Below, one piece after another: positions 9,314 to 19,891 of a stretch of 64,000 bases of DNA. The position numbers were made by a program, and so were the translations under genes. The notes beneath the pieces were generated by a model. The model had not been told where the DNA came from and ran no database searches. It saw nothing but the letters and a program-made list of their open reading frames with translations. Origin of the DNA: Actinomyces sp. ICM47 (GTDB lineage Bacteria; Actinomycetota; Actinomycetes; Actinomycetales; Actinomycetaceae); the NCBI RefSeq assembly GCF_905370305.1, contig NZ_CAJPJX010000001.1; one strand, written 5' to 3'. Position 1 is the stretch's first letter, and each line of letters starts with the position of its first letter.

Positions 9314-10438
9314 TCAGGACGCCGAGTACGGCGAGACGACCACCTGGGCGCGCTGAAGATCCTTGACCTCGGCGTAACCGGTCGTGGACATGGCACGCTT
9401 GAGGGCACCCACGAAGTTCAGCGAGCCGTCCGCGCGCGTCGAGGGGCCGTAGAGGATCTGCTCGAGCGTGCCCGTCGTTCCCACGTGAACGCGCTGGCCG
9501 CGCGGCATGTCAGGGTGGGTGGCCTCGGAACCCCAGTGCCAGCCGCGCCCGGGAGCCTCCTCGGCGCGAGCGATGGCCGCGCCCAGCATAACCGCGTCCG
9601 CGCCGCACGCGATAGCGCGCGCGAGGTCGCCGCTGCGACCAATACCGCCGTCCGCGATGACGTGTACGTAACGACCGCCGGACTCGTCCATGTAGTCACG
9701 CCGAGCCGCGGCCACGTCCGCGATCGCGGTCGCCATCGGCGCGTGCACACCCAAGGACTGACGCGTCGAGTGGGCCGCTCCCCCACCGAAACCGACGAGG
9801 ACACCCGCTGCTCCCGTGCGCATCAGGTGCAGGGCCGCCGTGTCCGTACAGAAGCCTCCGACGATGACGGGGACATCCAACTCATAAATGAAGCGCTTGA
9901 GATTCAGGGGTTCTCGGCGCGACGACACATGTTCGGCGGACACCGTGGAGCCACGGATGATAAACAGGTCGACGCCCGCGTCCACGACCGCACGCCAATG
10001 CTGCTGGACGCGCTGGGGCGACAGCTTACCGGCGACGACCACCCCGGCCTCGCGCAGCTGCGTGAGACGCTCCGTGATGAGCGTCGGCTTAATCGGCTCC
10101 GAGTACACCCGCTGCAGGGTCGCAATCGATTCTTCCTCGCCGAGGTGCGCGATCTGGTCGAGGATTGGCTCGGGATCCTCGTACCGGGTCCACAGGCCAT
10201 CCAAATCAAGGACACCGATGCCACCGAGGCGACCGAACGCAATGGCTGTCTCCGGACTCATCACCGAGTCCATGGGGGCCGCCATGAGGGGCAAGTCCAC
10301 GTGGTAGGCGTCAATCTGCCAGCCGACGTTGACGTCCTCGGGGTCGCGCGTGCGCCGAGCGGGCACGAGCGCGATGTCGTCCAGTGTGTAGGCGCGCCGA
10401 CCGCGCTTACCGCGTCCGATTTCGACTTCGTGGCTCAT
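9314..10438 (-). CDS. guaB3: GuaB3-type IMP dehydrogenase family protein (IMPDH/GMP-reductase-like, lacks CBS pair)
   Basis: It reads ...YTLDDIALVPARRTRDPEDV...LPLMAAPMDSV...GIGVL and carries a TIM-barrel IMPDH-like core. It lies close to the canonical guaB, as in other Actinobacteria. Confidence 0.75.
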   Translation of the reverse strand: MSHEVEIGRGKRGRRAYTLDDIALVPARRTRDPEDVNVGWQIDAYHVDLPLMAAPMDSVMSPETAIAFGRLGGIGVLDLDGLWTRYEDPEPILDQIAHLGEEESIATLQRVYSEPIKPTLITERLTQLREAGVVVAGKLSPQRVQQHWRAVVDAGVDLFIIRGSTVSAEHVSSRREPLNLKRFIYELDVPVIVGGFCTDTAALHLMRTGAAGVLVGFGGGAAHSTRQSLGVHAPMATAIADVAAARRDYMDESGGRYVHVIADGGIGRSGDLARAIACGADAVMLGAAIARAEEAPGRGWHWGSEATHPDMPRGQRVHVGTTGTLEQILYGPSTRADGSLNFVGALKRAMSTTGYAEVKDLQRAQVVVSPYSAS

Positions 10439-10518
10439 AAACCGATTCTACTGCCTCTGGGACGCAGATGTGCCCACCCTCTGCCACACTGGTGGAACCG
10501 GCGAGGACAGGAGCAAAC

Positions 10519-11271
10519 ATGAGCTGGATTGACGACCCGTGGATGGGTTTTGATACCGAAACGACGGGCGTGCGCGCGCTCAAGGACCGCCTGGTGACGG
10601 CGGCCCTCGTCCTGCGTATCGACGGCGCATCCTACCGCAGCGGGGTCAGTGCCCCCGACCAGGTGGCGACCTGGCTGACCGACCCGGGCATTGAGATCCC
10701 CGAGCAGGCCACGGCCATCCACGGCATTACGACCGAGCAGGCGCGCCGCGACGGCCGCCCCATCGAGGAGGTCCTCCACGAGCTGGCGGGTTCCATCGTC
10801 GAGCATTGGCTGCGCGGTTACCCGGTCGTCGCTTTCAACGCGACCTACGACATCACGCTGGTGAACCAGGAGCTGCGCCGCCACCGCCTGGGGTCCTTCG
10901 AGGAGCGCCTGGAGGGCGCGCCGATGCTGGTCGTCGACCCGCTCGTCTTGGATCGCAAGCTTGATCGTTTCCGAAAGGGCAAGAAGACCCTGACGGAGAT
11001 GGCCCCCGTCTACGGAGCGGTCGCCTCCCCCGACGCTCACACGGCCGAGGTAGACGTGGCCATGACGCTCGACGTGCTCGCGGGCATGGTGGACAAGTAC
11101 CCGCAGCTGGCCGCCATGAGTGCCCTGGAGCTCATGGATTATCAGCTCCAGGCCCACCAGGATTGGGCGGAGGACTTCGAGAAGTACCTGCGCAAGCAGG
11201 GCCGCGACGCGTCCATCGACCGCGAGTGGCCTCAGATCACGCCGCGAGGCCGCGGGGGCGACAGGGAGTAA
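10519..11271 (+). CDS. DEDDh 3'-5' exonuclease (DNA polymerase III epsilon-like domain protein)
   Basis: MSWIDDPWMGFDTETTG contains the Exo I DxE motif. GGAGCA lies 6 nt upstream of the ATG at 10519. The longer track ORF that starts at 10468 has no ribosome-binding site. Confidence 0.75.
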   Translation: MSWIDDPWMGFDTETTGVRALKDRLVTAALVLRIDGASYRSGVSAPDQVATWLTDPGIEIPEQATAIHGITTEQARRDGRPIEEVLHELAGSIVEHWLRGYPVVAFNATYDITLVNQELRRHRLGSFEERLEGAPMLVVDPLVLDRKLDRFRKGKKTLTEMAPVYGAVASPDAHTAEVDVAMTLDVLAGMVDKYPQLAAMSALELMDYQLQAHQDWAEDFEKYLRKQGRDASIDREWPQITPRGRGGDRE

Positions 11272-11550
11272 GGGCACGTCAAGCGGGGGTCGGTGAGTAC
11301 CGGCCCCGCTTCGTTGTGCGCTGTGAGCCGCCCGCCTGGAGGGCACCGTCGGACCCGCAGGGCCTGGCCGGGCAACACACACCATGAGCCACCAGTGTGA
11401 AGGGTGCCGACGGGCCCGCAGGGCCTGGCCGGGCTTCGAGCCGACGCGCCGAGCCGCAGGCTCGCGGCGCGGACGGTGAGCGGGCGGGCGGGCCCGACGG
11501 CACCCGAAACACCGGTGACGCAGCCAGCAGGCACACCGGTGGTACGAAAA

Positions 11551-11578
11551 GCCCGGAGGCGAGTCGCCGCCTCCGGGC
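11551..11578 (-). terminator. Intrinsic terminator after the transaldolase-family gene
   Basis: GCCCGGAGGC-n8-GCCTCCGGGC hairpin. On the minus strand it is followed by TTTTCGT. Confidence 0.5.
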
Positions 11579-11591
11579 CTCTAGACAAGGC

Positions 11592-12281
11592 TCACTTGTC
11601 GTTGACCAGGTCCAGCCATGTGCGACGCTCGCCCACCAGGATACCGAAGTCGCGGTTCTGGTCGGCGATGGCGGCGTCGGTGGCGGGGTTCTTGATGAGG
11701 GCGGCCAGCACGTCGGGAGCTGCGGTGATAGCGCCGACGCCCTGGCGGACCAGCTCGAGGATCTGCTCGGAGTTCTTGAAGGAGGCGGCCAGAACGTCGG
11801 CCTTCAGGTCGTAGGTGCGCAGGGTGCGGTGGATTTCGGAGGCGACGCGCACACCGTCGATGCCGTAGTTGTCCATGCGGTTGACGTAGGGGGCGACGTA
11901 GCGGGCACCCGCCTTGGCGGCCATGAAGCCCTGCATGGAGGAGTGGATGCCGGTGGCCGTAACCTGCATGCCTTCGCGCACGATGCGCGGGATCGCGGCG
12001 AAGCCCTCACGCGTGACGGGGAGCTTAATGAAGAGGTTGCCGCCGATTTCGCCGCGCAGGGCGCGGGCTTCGGCGACCATGTCGTCGGCGCGCTGGGAGA
12101 CGATCTGGACGTGCAGTTGAGCGCCGTCGGGCAGGACGGACTTGATCGCGTGGAGGACCTCGAGGGGTTCCTTGCCTTCGCGGTAGAGAATCGTCGGGTT
12201 GGTCGTCACGCCGTCGATGGGCAGGTATTCCAGGGTCTTCTTGATGGAATCGACGTTGGCGTGGTCGATGAGGATGAGCAT
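11592..12281 (-). CDS. Transaldolase-family protein (fructose-6-phosphate aldolase / TalC-like, short form)
   Basis: MLILIDHANVDSIKKTLEYLPIDGVTTNPT...IKLPVT carries a Schiff-base Lys context typical of the TalC/FsaA subfamily. GGAGCTCC lies upstream of the ATG at 12281. Confidence 0.75.
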   Translation of the reverse strand: MLILIDHANVDSIKKTLEYLPIDGVTTNPTILYREGKEPLEVLHAIKSVLPDGAQLHVQIVSQRADDMVAEARALRGEIGGNLFIKLPVTREGFAAIPRIVREGMQVTATGIHSSMQGFMAAKAGARYVAPYVNRMDNYGIDGVRVASEIHRTLRTYDLKADVLAASFKNSEQILELVRQGVGAITAAPDVLAALIKNPATDAAIADQNRDFGILVGERRTWLDLVNDK

Positions 12282-12385
12282 GTGGAGCTCCTTTGCGCAT
12301 TCGTGGGATTTTCGCACCTATAGGATAGCGCGGGCGGGAGCAGCCCACCGGCTGCTCCCGCCCGTCACGAACGCTCGACCTGCGT

Positions 12386-14047
<1,662 letters not shown>

Positions 14048-14088
14048 TCACGGGTCAAGCGACGGCGGGGTGCCACCACACCCAGCTT

Positions 14089-15360
14089 TCAGGCGGCCCG
14101 CTGGGCGCGCGTGGAGGCCCCGGCCATCGCGGTTGCCCCGGTGACTGTCAAGTAGATGGGGGCGGCACCCCGCGCGAGCATACGGGCGGCGGTCAGGGCG
14201 TCGGGACGCCCTTCCCACACGCGCATGGAGACGGACCCGTCAGGCGCGATTTCGTGGATCCAGCGGCCCATTCCGGCGCGTGCGTGGGAGTCGGCCCAGG
14301 CAACGGCGCGCGCGTAGTCGACGGCGAGGTCTTCGGCGAGGTCAGGGACGACCAGTTCGGCGAGGACGCGGGCGGCGCTGGCGGCCTCGCACACGACCCA
14401 GTGCATGCGTTCGGGCGCGACGACGATGCCGGTGGAGTCGAGGGTGTAGACGATGCCGCCGACACCGTCCTCGGTCCAGCCGTCAGCGTGGGCACGTTCG
14501 TACAGGGAGATGGCAGTGTCGAGCATCCACGGCCCGGGAGTTTCGCCCATGTGGATGAGGATGGCGCAGACTTGCCCGATGAGGCGCGCGGCCTTGAAGC
14601 CTAGGCCGGGCAGGGTATCGCCGGGTCGGATGAGTTCGAGCGGGGGCTGGTCGTAGGTCGGGGGAAGGGGTCGCCATTCCTCATCGAAGAGATCGGGCAG
14701 GGCGAAGCCCGAGCGGGCGGCGATTTCCCCGACGAGGCGCAGGATGGAGCGGGCACGGTCGAACCACACGCGGTTCGAGGTGGCTTCCCAGGCGGCCAGG
14801 TAGGACTGGGCGGTGTCGAGGTTGGTGGAAAGGCGTCGCAGGGGCGAGCGCGCCTCGGTGGCCGCGTCGATTTCTTCGCGCACGGCACCGTAGGAGGGGT
14901 CCCACCAGCGCTGGTCTTGGTCTTTCTCGAGATCCGCGAGGAGGGTGGCGGCCTCGGGGTGCCCGGCCATGAGGGCGGCTGCGGCAGCACCGATCATCGC
15001 GGACTGGGCGCGCTGGGACAGGACGGAGCGAGGCACAGGGGTCGCGCTGGTTTCGGAGGTGGGGACGACCTCGGAGTACCAGCTCCCGTTGGCGGCGCAC
15101 AGAGGACCGGTCAGGGCGGCGAGGCCGTGGGACACCAGGTGGGACGCGCCCTCGATTCCGCGCATTTGCGCGAGTGCGAACACATGGGTCATGCGCGCGC
15201 TGATGCGCGCGTCGAGGGGACGGCCAAGGTCGACCTGACCGTCGGCGCGCAGGAAAGCGTAGCCAACTCGGGCTTTCGACCGGGACGCGAAGGCAACAAG
15301 CGCGTCGAAGTCGGCGTCGAAGGCGCGGCGTAGATCCTCACTGTTCCAGGGGGCGTTCAT
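14089..15360 (-). CDS. AGE-family (N-acylglucosamine 2-epimerase-like, six-hairpin) epimerase/isomerase
   Basis: It begins MNAPWNSEDLRRAFDADFDALVAFA and has alpha/alpha-toroid-like repeats. GGAGAA lies upstream of the ATG at 15360. The family call is from overall resemblance only. Confidence 0.5.
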   Translation of the reverse strand: MNAPWNSEDLRRAFDADFDALVAFASRSKARVGYAFLRADGQVDLGRPLDARISARMTHVFALAQMRGIEGASHLVSHGLAALTGPLCAANGSWYSEVVPTSETSATPVPRSVLSQRAQSAMIGAAAAALMAGHPEAATLLADLEKDQDQRWWDPSYGAVREEIDAATEARSPLRRLSTNLDTAQSYLAAWEATSNRVWFDRARSILRLVGEIAARSGFALPDLFDEEWRPLPPTYDQPPLELIRPGDTLPGLGFKAARLIGQVCAILIHMGETPGPWMLDTAISLYERAHADGWTEDGVGGIVYTLDSTGIVVAPERMHWVVCEAASAARVLAELVVPDLAEDLAVDYARAVAWADSHARAGMGRWIHEIAPDGSVSMRVWEGRPDALTAARMLARGAAPIYLTVTGATAMAGASTRAQRAA

Positions 15361-15441
15361 GACTGTTCTCCTGCCTGTCCGTACCCTCACGGTACCACCT
15401 GACCAGGACTCTTGGCGCGAACGCGCACTCCGCGTGGGCGG

Positions 15442-16404
15442 TCAGTCAAACATGAGGTCCGTCGGCCTCGTCAAGGGGCTAGGACCGACCGACCAGTTGA
15501 GGGTCCGCCTGGGGGGCCAGGCCAGGAGCGCGAGGGCTTCTTCGACGCAGGCGTTGATCGTGCGCACGCGCTGCACGTGGGGGGCCAAGATGTCGGGCGC
15601 GTCGGTGCCGACGATGATGGTGGGTCCACCGTAGCGGGAGATGAGTCCTTCGATGGTGTCGGCGCAGGCGGGGCCGCACCCCAGCACGATGGCGATGGCA
15701 GGCACGCCGGCGCGCACGTATTCGCGGAAGCGGTCGCCGACGCACACGCCCCCGTAGTGTTCGCTGGACAGGACGCGCACGTCGCAGCCATACCAGGCCA
15801 GGGCGACGCCGATGACCTGGGCGGGCGTCTCGTGGAGTGCGTCAGTGATCAGGGCGACGCGGTCACCGCCGACGAAGGAGCGGGCGGGGCGCGAGAGGTG
15901 GACGGAGCGGCACACGCGCTGGAAGGCGTTGAGCAGCATGAGCGCGGGTGGGGCACCGACGGGGTCCCCGCCCGGGGTGGTGCGCAGGGTTTTGAGGGTG
16001 GGCTCGACGAAGCGTGACCACGTATGGACGAGGCCGTGGCTGGCGACAGCAGCTTCGAGAGCGTCTTCGAGGCGGGGGATGTCGTCGGAGAGAACGATGG
16101 AACGTAGCTGGGACGCGGTGACGTGTCCGGCGTTGGGCTGAGCGGTGACGTCGGAGAGGGCACGCTTGGCAGCCTCAGCGGCGGGGAGGCCCGCGTGCAG
16201 GTGGTTGACCATGGCCCGTAAGCGCTCGACGTCCTCTGGCTGGTAGCGGCGGCGTGAGCCGACCTCGCGCCTGGCAGGGCCGAGGCCGTAGCGCCGTTCC
16301 CAGGTTCGAAGCGTGGAGGCGGAGACGCCGAGTTCGTCGGCGACGGAGGACACGGTGCGGGAACGGTCGGCGTGCGCAACGTGCGTAAGGATCGCTCGCG
16401 GCAT
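15442..16404 (-). CDS. MerR-family transcriptional regulator with a long C-terminal effector domain
   Basis: The N-terminal MerR HTH reads VSSVADELGVSASTLRTWERRYGL...RRRYQPEDVERLR. The C-terminal domain, about 200 aa, could not be classified. Confidence 0.6.
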   Translation of the reverse strand: MPRAILTHVAHADRSRTVSSVADELGVSASTLRTWERRYGLGPARREVGSRRRYQPEDVERLRAMVNHLHAGLPAAEAAKRALSDVTAQPNAGHVTASQLRSIVLSDDIPRLEDALEAAVASHGLVHTWSRFVEPTLKTLRTTPGGDPVGAPPALMLLNAFQRVCRSVHLSRPARSFVGGDRVALITDALHETPAQVIGVALAWYGCDVRVLSSEHYGGVCVGDRFREYVRAGVPAIAIVLGCGPACADTIEGLISRYGGPTIIVGTDAPDILAPHVQRVRTINACVEEALALLAWPPRRTLNWSVGPSPLTRPTDLMFD

Positions 16405-16694
16405 GGCTCCTCCCCTCTGTGCGCCTGCGTACGCTTACAGATTCTTGTCTGTCAGGCCCGGAGACGCCACAGGAACGGGTGCGTCACATCTCTCAAAGTT
16501 ATTCAAAAAATTGTTCATTGTTCATTCAGTGCGCTCACCTCAGTTTTTCTATATTTTCACTGCCCAGGACGCCGCTCCATGAGAACTGGCTCATACTTCT
16601 GACAAGAGCCTTGAATAACTACCGCACAAGTGTCTATCCTTGCGGACATCGTGTGCCGAAAATGTCGGCACGACAGACAAGAAGGAGGCACCCA

Positions 16695-16991
16695 ATGACT
16701 GACGTCTCCCGTCTGCCCGGACCCATGATCGACGCGTGGGAATGGCAGTACGAAGCGGCGTGCCGAGACCTGGACACCGAGCTGTTCTTCCATCCCGAGG
16801 GTGAGCGCGGCTCCACGCGTCGGCGTCGCGCTGCGAACGCCAAGGCGATTTGCGCTACTTGCCCGGTGATCGAGCAGTGCCGGTCCTACGCTCTGGCCGC
16901 CCAGGAGCCCTACGGCATCTGGGGTGGAATGACCGAGGAAGAACGTCGTGAGGAGATCCGCTCCTCCGGACGTGGACGTCGCGTGTCCTGA
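16695..16991 (+). CDS. whiB: WhiB-family Fe-S transcription factor, WhiB3-like by sequence and synteny
   Basis: MTDVSRLPGPMIDAWEWQYEAACRDLDTELFFHPEGERG...ICATCPVIEQCR...EPYGIWGG has the four Cys and the G[IV]WGG turn. GAAGGAGG lies 7 nt upstream of the ATG. It is preceded by a roughly 280-bp AT-rich leader. Confidence 0.85.
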   Translation: MTDVSRLPGPMIDAWEWQYEAACRDLDTELFFHPEGERGSTRRRRAANAKAICATCPVIEQCRSYALAAQEPYGIWGGMTEEERREEIRSSGRGRRVS

Positions 16992-17095
16992 TCACGCAAA
17001 TGAAGTGCCGGTGCGGCATCGCCACCGCGATGCCGCACCATTTTAGTGCCCACAACTCGCCCGACACCCCTGATCGACGTTCCCCGGGAGGACGC

Positions 17096-17914
17096 ATGAC
17101 CACCAACGAATCCACGGCCTCGTCGGCGGAGAAGAAAGCCGTCGCCGAGCAGGAAACGAACATCTACAAGACCCTCTTCATGGTCACCGCGCCGGTTACC
17201 GCCCTGCTTGCGGGCGCGTGCGTGTGGATGGGCGTCCAGCTCTCGTCCGCCTCCCCGGCGAGCCAGGCAACGCCGGGAACCCCGGCGGCCTCCGCGCAGA
17301 TGCCGTCGGCTGAGCAGAGCGCCGAACCCAGCCAGACGAACGCGAACAACCTGGCGATCATGAACTCGTTCATGCGCCACGACCCAAACGATCAACAGGC
17401 CAAGGGCGACGTCAACGCGCCCGTGACGATGGTCGTCTTCTCTGACTTCGCGTGCCCGTATTGCACGAAGTTCGCCCGCGAGATCGACCCGGCGCTGACC
17501 GACCTCGTGGAGGACGGCACGCTGCGCGTCGAGTGGTACGACCTGGCACAGATCACCGACTCCTCTCCCCTGGCGGCCCAGGCGGGTCTCGCGGCGGCCG
17601 AACAGGGCAAGTTCTGGGAGTTCCACGACGTCGTCTACGCGGCAGCGGACCCGACCGGACACCCCCAGTACTCCGAGCAGGCCCTCGTCGACTTCGCGCA
17701 AGCGGCCGGGGTGCCCGACCTGGACAAGTTCCGCACAACGATGCTCGCAGACCACACCGTCACCAAGGTGAAGTCCGCCAAGGAGCAGGCACACCAGGCC
17801 GGTATCACAGGCACGCCCACCATGTTCATTAACAAGGCGTACATTCCCGGGTTCCGCGACGCCACCTACGTGCGCAACACCGTGCTGGCGCAGCTGGCCG
17901 AGACAGCGTCCTGA
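17096..17914 (+). CDS. DsbA-family thiol:disulfide oxidoreductase, membrane-anchored
   Basis: Start MTTNESTAS with GGGAGG upstream. TM segment LFMVTAPVTALLAGACVWMGV. Thioredoxin active site FSDFACPYCTKF. Confidence 0.75.
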   Translation: MTTNESTASSAEKKAVAEQETNIYKTLFMVTAPVTALLAGACVWMGVQLSSASPASQATPGTPAASAQMPSAEQSAEPSQTNANNLAIMNSFMRHDPNDQQAKGDVNAPVTMVVFSDFACPYCTKFAREIDPALTDLVEDGTLRVEWYDLAQITDSSPLAAQAGLAAAEQGKFWEFHDVVYAAADPTGHPQYSEQALVDFAQAAGVPDLDKFRTTMLADHTVTKVKSAKEQAHQAGITGTPTMFINKAYIPGFRDATYVRNTVLAQLAETAS

Positions 17915-17965
17915 GACTGCGGGCGCGACGCGGTCCGCGCCGCGCCCGGCCCGTCATACGTAAAC

Positions 17966-18002
17966 GGGGGCGGCCCGGAAGGATTCCTTCCGGGCCGCCC
18001 CC
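17966..18002. terminator. Bidirectional intrinsic terminator between the convergent dsbA-like and groES genes
   Basis: GGGGGCGGCCCGGAAGG-att-CCTTCCGGGCCGCCCCC is a perfect 17-bp stem lying immediately 3' of groES. Confidence 0.7.
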
Positions 18003-18026
18003 GTACCGTTCAGTGTGCGAAGGCGC

Positions 18027-18323
18027 TCAGCGCTCCACAACCGCCAGCACGTCGCGCGAGGACAGGATCTGGAACTCCTGGCCCTCATACTTGACCTCGG
18101 TGCCGCCGTAGCGCGAGTAGATAACCACGTCGCCGACCTTGACGTCGACGGGAATACGGTTGCCCTTGTCGTCCACGCGGCCAGGGCCCACGGCGATAAC
18201 TTCGCCTTCCTGCGGCTTCTCCTTGGCGGTATCCGGAATAACCAGGCCGGAGGCGGTGGTCTGCTCAGCCTCAACCTGGCGGATGACGATGCGGTCCTCG
18301 AGGGGCTTAATGGAGATCGACAT
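18027..18323 (-). CDS. groES: Co-chaperonin GroES
   Basis: [98 protein letters not shown]. Confidence 0.95.
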   Translation of the reverse strand: MSISIKPLEDRIVIRQVEAEQTTASGLVIPDTAKEKPQEGEVIAVGPGRVDDKGNRIPVDVKVGDVVIYSRYGGTEVKYEGQEFQILSSRDVLAVVER

Positions 18324-18442
18324 TGTCGCTCCCTTTCTTCTGTGTCACGAAGGTGCTCGTCCTTTCCCTGCCGTCGCGGGGGTCAGGTGCAGGACCGGTC
18401 GCGGGATGATCCCGCGCTTCCTTCACGAGTGTAGTTGCGCTC

Positions 18443-18469
18443 CTGGCACTCGGGCAACCCGAGTGCCAG
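18443..18469. promoter_or_regulatory. CIRCE-like HrcA operator upstream of groES
   Basis: CTGGCACTC-N9-GAGTGCCAG is a perfect inverted repeat with the canonical 9-nt spacer. Compare the consensus TTAGCACTC-N9-GAGTGCTAA. Confidence 0.75.
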
Positions 18470-18544
18470 GAGGTTCACCGAGGGCGATTCGTCGCTGTCC
18501 GTTTTTGTAATCGAGCGCGCACCCGCCGCTTCGCGAGCGCGCCG

Positions 18545-19825
18545 GTGACGGCCTCGCCGCGCCAGAGATGGGACAATGGCCCGGTGAACACCTTGACCCC
18601 GATCCTGTCCTCGCCCGGCTGGGAGCTGCTGGAGTCTCTCCAGGCCCGCCAGGAGACCAACCCGATGCCGCTGCGCGAGCTGGGGGCCGCCCTGCGCGCC
18701 TCGGGCATCGAGGCCAGCCTGGCTGCCGCGGTCCTCACCCAGCTGGCCCTACGCCAGGCGGCGCGTGCCAAGTTTGGCCCGTTCGCCTCACACATGGTGT
18801 TCACGCGCGACGGGCTGGAGCAGGCGACACGTCTGGTGGTGGCGGCGCGCCACGCGCAGCGCTTCCGCGCCTCGGGGGCGAGGCGGGTGGCGGATCTGGG
18901 CTGCGGGATCGGCGCGGACGCACTGGCGATTGCGGGCCTGGGCCTGGATGTTCTCGCGGTTGATATCGATCCGGAGGCGGCGGGGGCTGTGGCCGCGAAC
19001 TTGCGAGATTTCGAGGGGGCACAGGTTCGTCTGGGCGACGTCATGGAGCTGGATATCGCGGAGTTGGCTTCCGAGGGCGTGGACGCGATCTTTGCTGATC
19101 CCGCCCGGCGTACGGGGGCCTCGCGCGGGTCGGCGCGCATCACGAATCCGGAGGATTGGTCCCCTCCCCTGTCCGCGGTCCTCGGCTGGGCGCGCACGAT
19201 TGAGCGTGTGGGCGTCAAGGTGGCACCCGGCATCGCGCATGACGTCATTCCGGCGGATTGGCATGCGCAGTGGGTGAGCGTGGGCGGCGATCTCGTCGAA
19301 GCTTCCCTCTGGTCTCCCGCGCTGGCACCAGAGGGGTGTGGCCGATCCTGTCTCCTCCTGGACGAGGCCGGGGCAGCCCATGCCCTCTCCTCCCCCGAGG
19401 GGATGGCTGCGAATACGCCCGCCGAGCGCGTGGAGGTTGCTCCTCTCGGGGCTTTCATCGCAGAAGCCGATCCGGCGGTGATTCGCTCGGGTCTGCTCGG
19501 GCGTCTCGCGCAGACGGTCGGGGCGGGTATCGTGTCCGACAAAATCGCCTATCTGACAGGCGACAATTTGCCTGACAACCCCTTCTATGACCGCTTCGAA
19601 GTGCTCGAGGTGACAAACCTTCGCACCAAGGCAATCTCTGCAGCGCTCACATCGCGAGACGCGGGCAGTGTCGAGATCAAGAAACGCGGCGCAGACATCA
19701 ATCCCGACGAGCTGCGCAAATCTCTCAAGCTGGGCGGCGGTAGCCCCCAATTAACAGTCATTGCGACGCGCCTGGCCGGGCGTCACCGCGCGATCATCTG
19801 CAAGAGGTTGCCCAAAAACCTGTAA
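18545..19825 (+). CDS. Class I SAM-dependent methyltransferase (THUMP-like / RNA methyltransferase-like)
   Basis: The SAM-binding motif I is VADLGCGIGADALAIAG and the acidic loop is LAVDID. The exact start is uncertain. Confidence 0.6.
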   Translation: MTASPRQRWDNGPVNTLTPILSSPGWELLESLQARQETNPMPLRELGAALRASGIEASLAAAVLTQLALRQAARAKFGPFASHMVFTRDGLEQATRLVVAARHAQRFRASGARRVADLGCGIGADALAIAGLGLDVLAVDIDPEAAGAVAANLRDFEGAQVRLGDVMELDIAELASEGVDAIFADPARRTGASRGSARITNPEDWSPPLSAVLGWARTIERVGVKVAPGIAHDVIPADWHAQWVSVGGDLVEASLWSPALAPEGCGRSCLLLDEAGAAHALSSPEGMAANTPAERVEVAPLGAFIAEADPAVIRSGLLGRLAQTVGAGIVSDKIAYLTGDNLPDNPFYDRFEVLEVTNLRTKAISAALTSRDAGSVEIKKRGADINPDELRKSLKLGGGSPQLTVIATRLAGRHRAIICKRLPKNL

Positions 19826-19891
19826 GGAAGCTCTCCACCGGCATACAGCGAGGCCCTGACACAATGGAGGAAATCAGCGAAAGGATCGATC

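Noticed and set aside
9182-10522. Long antisense ORFs opposite real genes, each 400-700 aa in the six-frame track. Examples: 9182-10522+, 27617-29767+, 31163-32476+, 38560-40719+, 41833-43896+, 49361-51463+.
   Set aside because: Typical high-GC shadow ORFs. Their translations are low-complexity (Arg/Ala/Gly/Val/Asp-rich) with no motifs, while the opposite strand encodes well-recognised proteins (guaB3, sdhA, tsaB/tsaE, glmS, the giant glycosidase, lacZ).
16419-16694. Extended WhiB ORF starting at 16419 (190 aa)
   Set aside because: The extension has no WhiB homology and no RBS. A strong RBS (GAAGGAGG) precedes the internal ATG at 16695, which gives a canonical 98-aa WhiB.
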